Source: the human T2T-CHM13v2.0 reference genome, Homo sapiens
Length of the DNA stretch: 64,000 nucleotides
Assembly (NCBI RefSeq): GCF_009914755.1
Contig: NC_060934.1
Direction: 5' to 3' (one strand)
Part shown: positions 14,575 through 28,419 of the stretch, piece by piece
Position numbering within the stretch: position 1 is the first letter of the stretch
Layout of the letters: every line of letters begins with the position of its first letter
Translations under genes and position numbers: made by a program
Notes under the pieces: generated by a model
Seen by the model: only the letters and a program-made list of their open reading frames with translations
The model's database searches: none
Told to the model about the DNA's origin: nothing

Positions 14575-14895
14575 TTGTTGTTTTTTTGTTTTTGTTTTTT
14601 TGGTTTCTTTTTTTTTTGAGACTGAGTCTCCCTCTATCGCCCAGGCTGGAGTGCAGTTGCGGGATCTGGGCTCACTGGAACCTCCGCCTCCTGGGTTCAA
14701 GTGATTCTCCTGCCTTAGCTTCCCAAGTAGCTTAGATTACAGGCACCAATCACGCCCGGCAAATTTTTGTATTTTTAGTAGAGACAGGGTTTCCCCACGT
14801 TGGCCAGGCTGGTCTCGAACTCCTAACCTCAAGTGATCCACCCGCCGCGGCCTCCCAAAGTACTGGGATTACAGGCTTGAGCCACCACGCCCGGC
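14575..14895 (-). mobile_element. AluS
   Basis: Full-length antisense Alu about 750 bp upstream of GHITM exon 1. Confidence 0.9.
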
Positions 14896-15384
14896 TGATT
14901 CATTTGTATATATTTCTAGAACAGAGCTTGGTACGAAGTTGAGCATTCAGTAAATATCTGTTGAAATAGAGGGAGAGTGAAAAAGAAAGTAACTCTCTCG
15001 CGTATTCCACAACTAGCTCTTCACCTATCAAATTACGCGCAATGGAAACATCTTAGTCCTCAGAGCAATCCTGGGTGCAAGGCAGAGGCGGCTGTTATCA
15101 GGCCTATTACACAGGTTTAGGGTGAAACTTGAAAATGTGGGCGGGAAAGTCACAAAGCAATGAAAAAACCATCTAGAAAAAATCTTTTCTCGATGTCACC
15201 ATCTAACATTTGGCATGAGACCCCAGAAACCGGATGACTCGGCTCAGAAACAGACACATTTGAAAAGATATTTATCTCACGATAAATTAAGGGACAAAAA
15301 GGCCTTCAAAAAGGAACGGAATAAACGGAATAATTTTTAACTCTAACATTACTTTCTTTCAATTTTTACATAATTCTTATAGCT

Positions 15385-16125
15385 GCGGCGAGTGAAACGA
15401 CTAAAACAAAAGCAAAACAGAGCTCCACTGCCCAAAACAAAGATGGCCGAGACGACTCCCATGCCCACACGCAAAATGGACGCTGACTATGACGTTCCCT
15501 GCAACAATCCTCAACTGGCCCCGCCCCACCAATTTGGAACCCCGCCTCCTCAACCCGGAACCCCGCCTCCCCCAGTGTGGCCGCTTTTCCGACAGAGGCC
15601 TGCCCGTGATTGGCTGCTCGTACTATTTACGTCCTTTCGATGTTGCGTCATGCAGTGCGCCGGAGGAACTGTGCTCTTTGAGGCCGACGCTAGGGGCCCG
15701 GAAGGGAAACTGCGAGGCGAAGGTGACCGGGGACCGAGGTACTGCTCCGGCTGGCCGGCGGGCGCCCGGGATCCCCGGTGGTCCTGACAGCCGCCCTCAC
15801 GGGACCGCTGGGTGCGGGGGGAAGGGCTGGAAGCAGCGGTGCTGCTGGCTGCGTCAGGGCCGGCCTGCGCGTTGGGGTCGCAGTCCTGTGGGTGACCTGG
15901 TGGAGAGGGCGGCGGCACAAGGCCCTGGTCAGGCGGGCAAGGGCTCAGTGTAGCTGTGCTTCTGTCCTCGGGCAACAAGGTGCTGAGTCATCCTTGCGGC
16001 GAGGCCGTACAGCCGCTGCGCTGGTAGCGGCACCTGGGGCAGGGGCAGAGGTGTTGTGGGTTGACAGGGAAGTTTGCTGCCGGGTTCTCATCTGAATCTA
16101 GCGGGCTGGGTGAACTTTCTCGGGG
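15385..16125. promoter_or_regulatory. CpG-island, TATA-less promoter of GHITM
   Basis: Dense CpG; YY1-like AAGATGGCCG (~15440), GC box CCCCGCCCC (~15518), CCAAT (15529) and GATTGG (15608), duplicated GGAACCCCGCCTCC (15536, 15557), TTGCGTCA (15643), ETS CCGGAAG (~15698). Confidence 0.9.
15640..15738 (+). other. GHITM: GHITM exon 1 (non-coding; start approximate)
   Basis: Donor GAG|GTACTG at 15738/15739; joins to the exon 2 acceptor in agreement with the recalled mRNA 5' UTR. Confidence 0.8.
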
Positions 16126-17645
16126 ACCAGGCACCCAAACTCATCAATGCTCACGGAGGCATAAGCCCTTGGATTAGGGTCGGTAGTATTTTCCCCATTT
16201 TATAGCAACGACATCTGAGTCTTAGAGATCCACACTCCTCACAAGGTCACTTCTAACCTGTCAGAAGCGGGATTCCCACTCTGGGCTGTTACGCCACATG
16301 GAGGTCACTCTGAGCTGGACCTCTTCGGCCCCAACCAGTGGACTGAGTACTGAGGAAGATACAGGACAGCCATAGGTTGAGATGATGTAATGGCACGAAA
16401 GTTCCAAAAGCGCTGGGTGTTTTCCCAAAGGCCGGGTGCCGAATTTTAAGACCCTTAATAGTTCAGTTGCAGAGCTCGGAGGACGCTCGGGTATCTTAAA
16501 GCAATAGTTCTTAGCTTTTGGAGTGTTCGTTAAAACACACGTTCTTGGTCTTATTCCTAGGGGTAGAATCATTAGGAGCAAAGAAAGACCCAGGAGCCTA
16601 CATTTTAAGATGCATCCGGGGCACTTTCAAGCAAGTAGTCTAAGGGTCAACGCTGTAGTCTGAACACGGAATCCTTATGTTACAGATGGGGAAATGGGCC
16701 CAGAAGTATATCACTTGCCTAGAATTCACTACAAATCATTGGCAGAGATGGGCTGGTAGCCCCAGTTGGTTTACACTCGTCATTTCATTCTGACCTATCG
16801 TAGTCACCTCACCTTAGCATTACAGAAACACTGTCTGCTGACTTCTGGTTGACCACCCATCTAGTATAATGTGCCCTGGAGCTAAGATAATCCAGTTTTT
16901 AGCATGCTTTTCTTTTGAAGACACCATCGAGGGAGTCTAATGTAAGGGAAACCTGGTTGGTAACTGAGGTTACTTGTTTACTTTGAAAGACTAAATGTCC
17001 TTTACGCATTATAGTAGGACATATAGAATAGGTTAACTTAGAATATTTTTATATCTCATGTTGAAGGAAAGTAATATTTGGTATGATTAGCTGAAATTCA
17101 TATAGTTGGCTTCTTTTAATACCTTTTAGCTTTGTAATGCAGTATAACCTTGAAGAGCTATTCATGTCTTCTTTGGATGACACTATTCCTTTGCCCAAAA
17201 GTTATGTAGATTCTTTTAAATTCTCCCACTGGATGCTGGTATAAATCTTAAGCCAAAACTACATTTGTAAAAACCATCACAGACTCTGTAATCACGTCCA
17301 GTTATTAACAGCCGTTCTGTGTTACACATAATTTTTGCAGTCATCTATTTTGATTGGTCAAACTGGGACTTAAACCTAGTTTGTTCCTCCATCTTCAGCT
17401 GTGTTCTCTGGGATGGGTTTCTTGCATTACAGTGGATGGTTGGGCAAAGAATTCATCGCTGAAAATTAAAAAGGTCGCTTTATTTCCTGTTCTACTAAAA
17501 AATAGTTTGTTCCTTGACTCTGACTCTCATATGTCCTTCTCTTAATTGGTTAGTAGGTTGTTTTACTTATGTTTTTTTGGTTGGTTTTGCCTTTTTTTTA
17601 AACTAGCATTTCAGATCTGCTCGGTAGACCTGGTGCACCACCACC

Positions 17646-17774
17646 ATGTTGGCTGCAAGGCTGGTGTGTCTCCGGACACTACCTTCTAGGGTTTTCCACC
17701 CAGCTTTCACCAAGGCCTCCCCTGTTGTGAAGAATTCCATCACGAAGAATCAATGGCTGTTAACACCTAGCAGG
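17646..17774 (+). CDS. GHITM: GHITM/TMBIM5/MICS1 coding exon (exon 2; acceptor at 17607), mitochondrial presequence MLAARLVCLRTLPSR...
   Basis: CCACCATG Kozak; upstream in-frame TAG at 17625; 43 codons; donor AGG|GTAAAG. Confidence 0.97.
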
Positions 17775-18799
17775 GTAAAGATAATCTGAATGTTTTTATA
17801 TTGCTTCTTTTTCCATTTGTGCCCTTTCTTTTTGGCAGAGTATGGCTGCTCTGCCTTTAGTGTGTTATACGTCAGTTAGCCCTGATAATATCCCCAATCA
17901 GCTCTTTCTCCCCATTAGTTTGTATCATTCTGGTCCCTCCTTATCCCATATGAAATAGAAAATGAGTTTCTGTAACTCTGTCTTCGCTTACAGCTTCTGG
18001 AGTTTCTCATTTAGAAAATTTAGAGTACATTGTGAGGGATTGAGAGTTACATAGTGTAACGGAGATCCTGGAGCACATAGTCAGAAGTTTAAGAACCCAG
18101 GGATATTACCAGTTGGCCAATAGCTTATTAATAAATTACTAAATATATTATCTCTTATTTAGAGGTTGATAATATCTGTCAGGTTAGAAAGAAACCCATC
18201 TTTATAATAGATTTATCTTCTGGCATTCAGATTATAAGGTTTGAAATGTGAGGTAATGAGGACAATATAAAGAAGCTAGGAGACATTTTCTCTTTTAAAT
18301 TAACTGTTCCACTGTTGAAAAAGAGCCACAGTGGAAGTAGTAGTCTTCCCTCTTCTTGGCTTCATGTTAAGGAAAGATGCTGTTCTTGAGTCCATATCCC
18401 AGATGACAAAATATAGCTAATAATGCTTGTAGAATGCATATCTTAAAAATGCTAACAGATTCTCACCCTGGTATTTGGTTAGGATTTAAAATATAACAGT
18501 TCTAGGTATGTAAATCTATAGTTTGTGAAAGAAACAATTTTTCTGAAATTGAAACTAAGAATAATATAATGAATTACTAACTTCCAAAGGTGGAGCACAG
18601 GGAAGGTCTACATTTATTTATTTATTTTTACATTTAGTTTTTTAAGTTGGCTAATAAATTTCCATAGTGAAGTTAGGTATATAGAAAGTACCAAGTTTCT
18701 TTAACTAGAGTTTTCTAGTGTAAAGGGATCTTGCATTTTATTTTATTAACGTTCTGTTTTCATGTGGGTGGTACGTGTCTTTCTTTGCATGTGTGTCAG

Positions 18800-18899
18800 G
18801 AATATGCCACCAAAACAAGAATTGGGATCCGGCGTGGGAGAACTGGCCAAGAACTCAAAGAGGCAGCATTGGAACCATCGATGGAAAAAATATTTAAAA
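18800..18899 (+). CDS. GHITM: GHITM exon 3 (EYATKTRIGIRRG...IFK)
   Basis: cag|GAATAT ... AAAA|gtaggt; 100 nt, phase consistent. Confidence 0.96.
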
Positions 18900-20139
18900 G
18901 TAGGTGGCTATCTTTAGTTTTTAACCTAGAATCTATGGATATGTTTTAAGAGGTCCATGAACAACTTCCTAAAAATATATGTGTATTTGTGCATTTTCTG
19001 GGAAGACCACATTATTATTCTGAGATCTGACGACCCAGAAAAGATTGGTACTTTGCACTGGATTCAGTGGTTATCAATCATATTTCTTCCAGTGGAAATT
19101 TTACTTTCCTTTTTTTTAAAGAAAAGGATTATTAATATGCCATGGTCCAAAAGGTATACTCTGTTGAGAAAGTTCATTTTAAGTGTGTAGAATCCTCATT
19201 CAAGCATATAATATTTGTGTATGTTTCAGATTAAGAATAAATCACCAACACATAGATGTTAATAAAAGCCTAGCTGTCCAAGAAGAATCCTTTAACTCAC
19301 TGCTCACATAGGGCCTCAGGAGGGCAGTACTTTAATATATTGCCAGTTTGGTTCAGTTTGGATATCAACTTTGCAAGTTCAGAAACTAGATTGTTAATCA
19401 TCCTAAAGCTATTCAAAGAATACCACTGCTCCTTAATAATCTTGCAAAATGTCTTTACAGTGGGAGAGAGCCCTAATCAGTATCCTTCAGGTCATTTCTT
19501 TCTGATTTGACCCTAGAGACCAAATCATGCAAATTATGTAGTGACAGCCTAGTAATATTCTTAGTAAACGAATTAGACTAAAAGAATAAGATGCCCTTTA
19601 TGAATACCTCTATTGAGTTAGAGTTGATTAGTTGCCTCTCAGTACCCTAAAACGGGAGCCTCCTCTCACTTGATTCTGCTGCATAAACACTGATTATATT
19701 TTCTCTTTTTTCTTGATTTCCACGTAAAGCATCATTTGTGTTAATACCATGCAGTATGGTATGACTGTTAACATTTCCTTCTCATTTTTTACTTTCCATG
19801 AATGTCATGTGAATATACTTCAACCTCTTATTAGTAAAATAATAGGTATCACAGAAGTAGCTCCACGTCTACAGGTATACTGCTCCCTCAAATATTGTTG
19901 GAGGGAGGTTGAAGATTCACCAAGCCTGATCCTTTCTTTTTTGTACTGATTTTTACACCTTTGTTTCAGGAGTGTTTTTTTCTACTGGTTACCTAACATT
20001 GAGGCAATTTCTGTACCCCATATGCACTGATTATGGCTTCTATTAAATATGGTACATGATTTGATTCCCTTGATAAATATTTTAAAGGCTTTGTCCAGAT
20101 GTGCCAGTACTAACCTGCATTTCCTTCTGTGTTCTGCAG

Positions 20140-20251
20140 TTGATCAGATGGGAAGATGGTTTGTTGCTGGAGGGGCTGCTGTTGGTCTTGGAGCATTGTG
20201 CTACTATGGCTTGGGACTGTCTAATGAGATTGGAGCTATTGAAAAGGCTGT
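20140..20251 (+). CDS. GHITM: GHITM exon 4 (DQMGRWFVAGGAAVGLGALCYYG...)
   Basis: cag|TTGAT ... GCTGT|gtaagt; 112 nt. Confidence 0.96.
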
Positions 20252-20489
20252 GTAAGTAAATTGTTTTAAGTAAACTGTTCCTAAACAACTCCAGCCTTAA
20301 AACAAAAATTCAAATTTTCTTCTCATTCCTATCTTTAGTCACTTTGGAATGTTTTGTGTCTAGTCTTTGTGTATACACACAAATAGAGAATCTCTTTTTG
20401 CTTCTTTGACATTTATTTATTCAAATCTAAATAAAAATCTTTTAGCAAGGTTATATGTGTTTAAGCAAAGAGAAAATATGAAATATGTT

Positions 20490-20843
<354 letters not shown>

Positions 20844-21019
20844 TAGTCCTTACAGTAACTCCCAAGTATGCATAATTATCATAATTATTTCCATGATAAA
20901 TGAAGTGAATAAGATTTAAAGTGTAAAATGATTTATCCCGAGGTCGCCCAGCTAGTGTGTGACTCAACCAGAAATCAAATCTGTAATTTCATAGATTAAT
21001 CATGTCATGTTTCTTACAG

Positions 21020-21161
21020 AATTTGGCCTCAGTATGTCAAGGATAGAATTCATTCCACCTATATGTACTTAGCAGGGAGTATTGGTTTAACAGCTTTGTC
21101 TGCCATAGCAATCAGCAGAACGCCTGTTCTCATGAACTTCATGATGAGAGGCTCTTGGGTG
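21020..21161 (+). CDS. GHITM: GHITM exon 5 (IWPQYVKDRIHSTYMY...GSWV)
   Basis: cag|AATTTGG ... GGGTG|gtaagt; 142 nt; too short to appear in the ORF track. Confidence 0.96.
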
Positions 21162-21294
21162 GTAAGTCAGCTGTTTTTGTTTTCCTTTTTCATCTAAAGA
21201 TCAAAAGATTAGATAAAATATATTGGAGGGAAGGGTTATTAAATGGAAAGAATACTGTATTGAACAAGTTTTTGTTCAAATAATGTATGAATTA

Positions 21295-21517
21295 CAGGTT
21301 GAGCATCCCTAATTTAAAATCCAGAAATGCTCCAAAATCCAAAACATTTGTAGTGTCAACATGATGCTCAAAGAAAATTGTAGCATTTCACATGTTGGGT
21401 TTTTGAATTAGGGATCCTGAACCCTAACAACAATGAAGTGTAATGATAAATAGTCCGAAATCTGAAGTCTGAAACACTTCTGGTCCCAGACATTTCTGAT
21501 GAGGGTTACTCAACCTG
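21295..21517. mobile_element. Tigger4/MER46 (Zombi)-type MITE
   Basis: TIRs CAGGTTGAGCATCCCT / AGGGTTACTCAACCTG with TA flanks on both sides. Confidence 0.85.
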
Positions 21518-22057
21518 TATTAGTGCAGCTGAGATAAAAGTAGGAAGTTCATTCTAGGTAGGTCAGCTATTATTCTTTATTAAACATGTATTCGAATAAT
21601 ACCAGAGGAGTTAGAAATCAAACTTACAGAGACAACATTTTTGTCTAGCAGCAGATATCAGACAGCCTCTAATTTGTAGCAGTTTACTAAAAAAATAAAG
21701 CAAATGCAAAATCATCTTAGAAGTCAGAGGGAAATGCCTATGCAGTTAAGAGCAGAATAGTGCTGCTACTATTATTCCTAAGATTCTTGACCTTATAGAA
21801 GATTTTATATTTAATCGGTTTCTCTGGAGCCCTTGTTATTTTGCTAGATAAGAGAATTTGAATATGTGTCCCCTATTCTCCTGCTATTTGGTAGAAGAGA
21901 TGAACTGGAATAAGTGGCACAGATACGCAATAAGAAAGTGCAAAGTCAGTTGAGAGTTTCTGTCTTGGACTGTTAGGCAAGTTCCGTGAAGGAGACATTT
22001 ATTTCATCAGGGTTGTTGAAGGCTAACATGTCTCATTTATTTTAGAAGTAGACAAGA

Positions 22058-22220
22058 GGGCCAGGTGCAGTGGCTCACACCTGTAATCTCAGCATTTTAG
22101 GAGGCTGAGGCAGGAAGATTGCTTGAGCCCAGGAATTTGAGACCAACCTGAGCAACATAGTGAGACACTGTCTGTAATTTTTAAAGAAATAGAAAATTTT
22201 AAAAATTAAAAAAAAATTTT
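22058..22220 (+). mobile_element. FLAM-type Alu monomer
   Basis: Left-arm-like monomer; TSD AAGTAGACAAG. Confidence 0.8.
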
Positions 22221-24414
22221 TTTAAGTAGACAAGGGCGGTCCAATTTTACCAAACAGTTTAAGGGAAGAGGAGGTAGGAAAACCTAATTTCAGAGGTGAC
22301 TTACAATCCCATTAGAGGGAAATTCAAGTGTTTGAGGTCTGGAGGGTAAAGAAGACGTGGTTAGAAAGGATACAGTTGTCAAGCTGAGGAGAGAACCTAA
22401 GCAGTCGGAGGCCATTGGAGATACTGGAACAACAAAAGCGTGATTTATATTTGAGTTTTTAGAACCAATGTGGAAGAGACATGGAGCAGGAGTACCAGCT
22501 GTGCCTTTGTAAGATCTGAAATGAGGGATGATAAGAACCTGAACTAGAGCAGAGTGTGATACTGGAGGGGAAGGAGAGTTCATGTAACACTGATTCCCCA
22601 CATAGGGACGAAAACCATATTATTTTCACTGTGTTGTACTTTACTAAAGGATAACCATTTACAGTAGCAGCCATTTGGATATTTATATATTCTTAGGATC
22701 ATGCTTTTTCACATAGACGTCATGAATCTCCCAGCCCAGAGGTTCACAAAGGCACAGAATGTTTCACTGGGGATGTCAGTTTTAATCAGAAGCAAATAAT
22801 TTAAAACAATACTTTTGTAATAAACATGACAATATTTACCTAAAATTTTAGGCCCTAAAATGAGGCTTCAAAGAAGTTTTGTGTTTGGGCCATATCCTCA
22901 GTCCCTTCTGGGCAAAAGATTACCCTCTTCCACTGTTAGTAATACAGAAAATAGGAAAGCCAAAGACAAGTGTTACAGAGATGAAGATGTAACCTTTTGG
23001 GTGTGACAGACATATATATACAAACACACACATAGACACACAGATAATGTCAAAGTTTGTCCCAAGTGCATCTGAGGAGAGGTATCTGATCTTGCTCTTG
23101 GGCAGCCAGGGTACCTACTAGAAAAAGCTTTTGAGATGAGACAGTACCAGAGTAAGTCGACCAGATATGGAAGGAGATATTCTTAGGCATGATGGATTGA
23201 ATTAAGGAGGCCTGAAATTTTGGGGCATGTTGGCAGCTGTGCCAGTTCCGTATGGTTGGAATGCAGAGTTTGGAGTGAGACTGGATCATAGAAGATCTTA
23301 AAAAAATTTAATTGCTGCTGTCCACAGAGGATGTGTGAAATAGTTTGTAGTAATTATTTCTCGTTAGAAAATGGTGGAGTGGAGCTCGATATGCTTTTCT
23401 TTTCTTTTTAATGTTTTTTAAAAATAGAGACTAGATCTCTATGTTTGCCTAGGCTTGGCTTAAATTCCCAGGCTCAAGTGGTCCTTTCACCTCAGCCACC
23501 CAAGTAACTGACATTACAGGTCCATACCACTACACCCAGCTCAGTATGCTTTTTCATGTTAAGGTTTTCCCATTCTTGGCAAAACCAGCTATTTGGTTTA
23601 CCTGTACTTTATATTAGAGGTTGAATATTTTGATGTTCATAGGTGAGACAGATAATACAGATGAGTGAGGAGGCCTAGTGTGTCACACAGGAGATTGTTG
23701 ACATCTAGAGGTTACTGACATCTAGAGTTAACCTTTTCAACTAAAACCATTCACCATGTTCTTTTTTTTTTTTGTTTTTTTAAACATAGTTTGCCAAACA
23801 AAACATCTGTGGCCTGATTCCAAGGGCTACAAGTTTGCAATCTCTGATTTAAATTTCTTGGAGATTAGCACCATCTTATTTCCATTACATGTTAATACAT
23901 TCTTCTTGTCATACACAAGCAATATTTAATTATAACACTGGAAATCTAAGATAGGCAAAGAAAAGGAATGAGGACCAAATTAGCCATAAACCTGGAAGGG
24001 TAGAAGTGTAGAATCTTATTTCTCATTTTTCTTTTCCATGTGCTGTGATAATCTACTTTCTATTTTTCAAGTCTTCATTTAGCAAATATGGAGTTCAAAG
24101 TGATGTGCTATATATATTTTTTTTAAAAATTACTAATTTGTAAGCATCACTGATTTTAAAGAAAATGCTATTTGTGCTATACAAAAATATATTTTTTAAT
24201 TAAGAGTTAATTATCTTGGGATCCCTAAAGGGTTTTTGTTTCACCTCTGTCCAACAAGAGTAAAATTGTTAAAAGATGTGTTGCCAGTTCAAGCTTAAGA
24301 CATGCATTTGAAGCTGTCTGCAAAACCTCATATATGGCAGTAGGGGGCACTCGTGCTAACTTAGCCAAAACTCTGAAATAAACCCAGAGCTTTTAATGTG
24401 CCAGAAAAATTAAA

Positions 24415-24739
24415 GTTTTTATTTTTTATTTTTTATTTTTTATTTTTTTATTTTGAGATGGAGTCTCGCTCTGTCACCCAGGCTAGAGTGCAGTGGCACG
24501 ATCTTGCCTCATTGCAACCTCCACCTCCCGGGTTCAAGTGATTTTCCCACCTCACTCAGCCTCCCAAGTAGCTGGGACTACAGGCGCGCACCACTGCGCC
24601 TGGCTAATTTTTGTATTTGTAGTAGAGACAGGGTTTCACCAGTTAGCCAGGCTGGTCTCAAACTTCTGACCTCAGGTGATCCACCTGCCCCAGCCTCCCA
24701 AAGTGCTGGGATTGCAGGCGTGAGCCACCACGCCTGGCC
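24415..24739 (-). mobile_element. AluSx-like, 135 bp upstream of GHITM exon 6
   Basis: Antisense Alu with TTTTTTA tail. Confidence 0.9.
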
Positions 24740-24873
24740 TTAAGCTTTGATTTATTATCTTTAATATTTTTACAACTAGTTTATTAGAAGTAACTAATTG
24801 TACTTCAAACCTGTGGGTTTCTGCTTTGTTTTCATATAAAGATCAGTTTTTCTTAATAGTACTTGTCTTTCAG

Positions 24874-24982
24874 ACAATTGGTGTGACCTTTGCAGCCATG
24901 GTTGGAGCTGGAATGCTGGTACGATCAATACCATATGACCAGAGCCCAGGCCCAAAGCATCTTGCTTGGTTGCTACATTCTG
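24874..24982 (+). CDS. GHITM: GHITM exon 6 (TIGVTFAAMVGAGMLV...LHS)
   Basis: cag|ACAATT ... TCTG|gtatgt; 109 nt. Confidence 0.96.
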
Positions 24983-26210
24983 GTATGTTCTGTTTTAAAT
25001 TGTTACGAGACAACCTTGACTACCACCTTTTTTGGGTGGCTCTTCACAGTTGTAAATGACCTACATGGAATTTAAACCTCATGTTTAGAAAACACCATTT
25101 TCTTCAGTCATTACTGGCTGCATTATTGCCAGACCTTTGCTTTGAAAAGTTGATTTTGCTAAGACCATGGACATCTTCAATACGAAACTTGTATCTTCTG
25201 ACAGTCTAGTATATGCAGAGATTTACTTTTGTGTATTTTGTTCGATACCAGGAGGGTTTTATATCTAGTACGCATCATTTGAGAGTTGTTTTTGTCTGGT
25301 ATGTTTAGAAAAATTAAAAACTGAGGATAGAGAAAGTTGTGCTAAAAATGTTGCTGCGAAATAACAAAAAACTGAGAGGAGTCCTAATAGAAGTGTTCTG
25401 TGTAGAAATTTCACCCACTGTTTTGCCTAGAGCAAAAAGTATTTTTAAATTATTCATCATCATGAGATAGTATACCTTATTAACCATATAACTTGATCTA
25501 GAAATGTTATTCTTTAAGCTAGTATTGAAAATTCAGTATAAAGATAGCTTTGTGCCTAGTCTATGAGGTAAACGACATTTAAGAAAAAGGTAACTTATTC
25601 TTCTTAGCACTGAAATAATGCATTATCTAAGTTTTTTTTCAATTAAGGAGTTCCATTTACCTTTGTTGAATTACTGGTAAATTTTTTACTGTAATTTTTA
25701 TGAAATTGTTTATAAATATCTGACAACTAAAATTACTTATTTATAAGCTGTTAGCAGTCCTTATTACATAAAGAAACAGCAGTGTCTGTCTTAGAAGTTC
25801 CCACATTTTAAGTTTATCATCATATGCTTTCCCTTTTGACAGCAGTAGGTTTGACCTTGAGTTATTTGTTTTAAGCTTGTTTATCTCAATTATTATATGA
25901 ATGTTGTAGAAACTAGTGGTAAGCTCAGATTCAAATAGCTACATGGAATTTGATGGTTACTAAATAAGTAGATTAGTGTTTGCTTGTGAGTGTGATTGAT
26001 TAGGAATAGTGTTAATGTTGTGATATAGAATTTGAGTAGTCACCAATTTGGGCTGTAGAATTTGGTGGGGGTAGTATTATCTAAAGGCAGAACTTTTTGA
26101 ATCATAGTGCTTAAACAGTAAGGTATAATATAAAGTGGCATGTTAGAAGTGATATTTTCCTTTTGCTTGTTATTTAGTAAATACTTAATGAGCACTTCCT
26201 CTTTCTCCAG

Positions 26211-26399
26211 GTGTGATGGGTGCAGTGGTGGCTCCTCTGACAATATTAGGGGGTCCTCTTCTCATCAGAGCTGCATGGTACACAGCTGGCATTGTGGGAG
26301 GCCTCTCCACTGTGGCCATGTGTGCGCCCAGTGAAAAGTTTCTGAACATGGGTGCACCCCTGGGAGTGGGCCTGGGTCTCGTCTTTGTGTCCTCATTGG
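26211..26399 (+). CDS. GHITM: GHITM exon 7 (VMGAVVAPL...APSEKFLNMG...SSL)
   Basis: cag|GTGTG ... TTGG|gtaagc; 189 nt. Confidence 0.96.
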
Positions 26400-26864
26400 G
26401 TAAGCTGCTGTGTTTTAACACTTAATTCTTGGTGCATAGTTTCCTGTAACCTGAAATACTCCAATATCCTAATTGATTGAGTCATTTATTTTAAAAGTTT
26501 TTTTAAAGATTTATGCTAATTTGACTGGATTTTACTACCTGACATCATATAAAAATCATGGCAACATGGTCAACCATTATTACTGGCTTTACCAAACACA
26601 TCTAAAATGGGAAAGTTGGTCTGGAGAACATGAATATTGCTCTGATGCAAGAACCTTCCTGTGAAATGGGCAAGTGGCTCATTGGAGGAATGAGTATCAT
26701 GGATTTTGAACTAATGCAAATAAGATTAGACAGTACATGTACCCAGATGTCGTCTTACCTACACAGTATACCAAGGAGATTTTTTTTTAAGTAATATAAA
26801 TCATAAACTCAGTTATCGGAAATCCTTTTTTAAAAAAAATCTTGTTTTCGCATTTTGATTTCAG

Positions 26865-27036
26865 GATCTATGTTTCTTCCACCTACCACCGTGGCTGGTG
26901 CCACTCTTTACTCAGTGGCAATGTACGGTGGATTAGTTCTTTTCAGCATGTTCCTTCTGTATGATACCCAGAAAGTAATCAAGCGTGCAGAAGTATCACC
27001 AATGTATGGAGTTCAAAAATATGATCCCATTAACTC
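26865..27036 (+). CDS. GHITM: GHITM exon 8 (SMFLPPTT...LLYDTQK...DPIN)
   Basis: cag|GATCT ... AACTC|gtaagt; 172 nt; contains D294 of the BI-1/TMBIM di-aspartyl pair. Confidence 0.96.
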
Positions 27037-27116
27037 GTAAGTAATGCTTTTTATTTAACACTGTTACTCTGTCACATAAGGATGCTTGTGTGTATTTGAC
27101 CTGTTTTGGTTTATGG

Positions 27117-27445
27117 CTGTATTAGTTTTCTAGGGATACTGTTAACAAAGTATCGCAGACTGGGTGGCTTAAAACAAAACTTGATTCTCTTGTAGTTCTG
27201 GAGGCCAGAAATCTAAAATCAAGGTGTTAGCAGAGTTGTACTTCTGAGGGCCCTGAGGGAAAATCTGTTCCCTGCCTCTCAGCTTCTTGTTACTGCTGGC
27301 AGTCCTTGACATTCCTTGGCTTGTAGATGGATCATTCCAGTCTCTGTCTCCATCTGCACATGGTGCTCTTCCTGTGTACCAGGGATTAGGATTTCATTAT
27401 ATTTTGTTGGGGGGCAGAGGAGGGTCACAGCTCAAACCACACCAA
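27117..27445 (-). mobile_element. MLT1-type MaLR LTR (internally deleted)
   Basis: TGTATTAGTTTTCTAGGG...GTTCTGGAGGCCAGAAATCTAAAATCAAGGTG. Confidence 0.7.
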
Positions 27446-28419
27446 TGGCTTTGTCAGATTTCCTGTTTTACTTCTGTTGCAGTTTTGTCTGTTCTCTCTT
27501 TAGTAAACTATCCAAAAAAACCTCTTGATTTTATTGCAACTTAGTGTAATACTTAGGTATTCATTCCATTATCAGAATATTTTGTCTATTTTTGTGAGCC
27601 AGTGTCAGGGTGCAATAAATAATGTGCTCTTACTGCTCAGTTAATTTTTTTGGTAGTGTATTTTGCAGACTTTAAAACTGAAGAAATGTATTAATCAAGT
27701 ATTATTTATTGGAAAATGTATATAATTGACATGGAATTTTTAATAGAAAAGCCTATTTTATACTTCTAGAAATTAGAAACTCTTCAGTATAAAGAGTCTA
27801 GTTTCAGAGATATGCAACTTTAGTTGGTATTAATTGTTATTATGTTTTTTTCTTTTTTCTTGGAGTCGACCAAAGTGGGTTATTTTATTTAAACAATTTT
27901 CTTGAGTTTCATTGTGTCTGTCACATTTTTTTAAAGTAATTTGATTTTATCTAAAAATAAAACTTAATGTAATGGTTTAGGGGGAAGAAAAAGTTGCTGT
28001 ACTGTAAAGCTTACAGATTTGTAGAAGTTTTCTTTAGAGGGGTGAAGTGGGTCTTTTATATTAAAAAATGCTAGACTTGTGTCTAACAGGTTTTTATAAA
28101 GGTGTTTCTTTGGTCTTGTTTTGATTATTTCATTGTCTGCCACCTAGTTTTCTTTGCAAGTTGATATATGCAGAGTGTCAGAGAATAAAATAATGATTTT
28201 TTTAAACTGCTCTTTAACATTTAAAAGATGAGTCTGCCAAAAGGAAGACCTTAACTATTTTCTAGTCTAGTACTTCATTAGTTGGCAGTTAAACATCTTA
28301 TTTTTAATTTCCATTTTATATCACTAAGACAAATAGTATTTTTCTTCTTTTCTATATTAAGAATTCAACATCACTATTAGAATTGCATCATATATAATGG
28401 GCATAATTTTCTTTTCTAG

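Noticed and set aside
15392-16095. Overlapping 105-154 aa ORFs on both strands
   Set aside because: Expected in a GC-rich CpG island; they run through the exon 1 donor. Only the spliced uORF reading was kept
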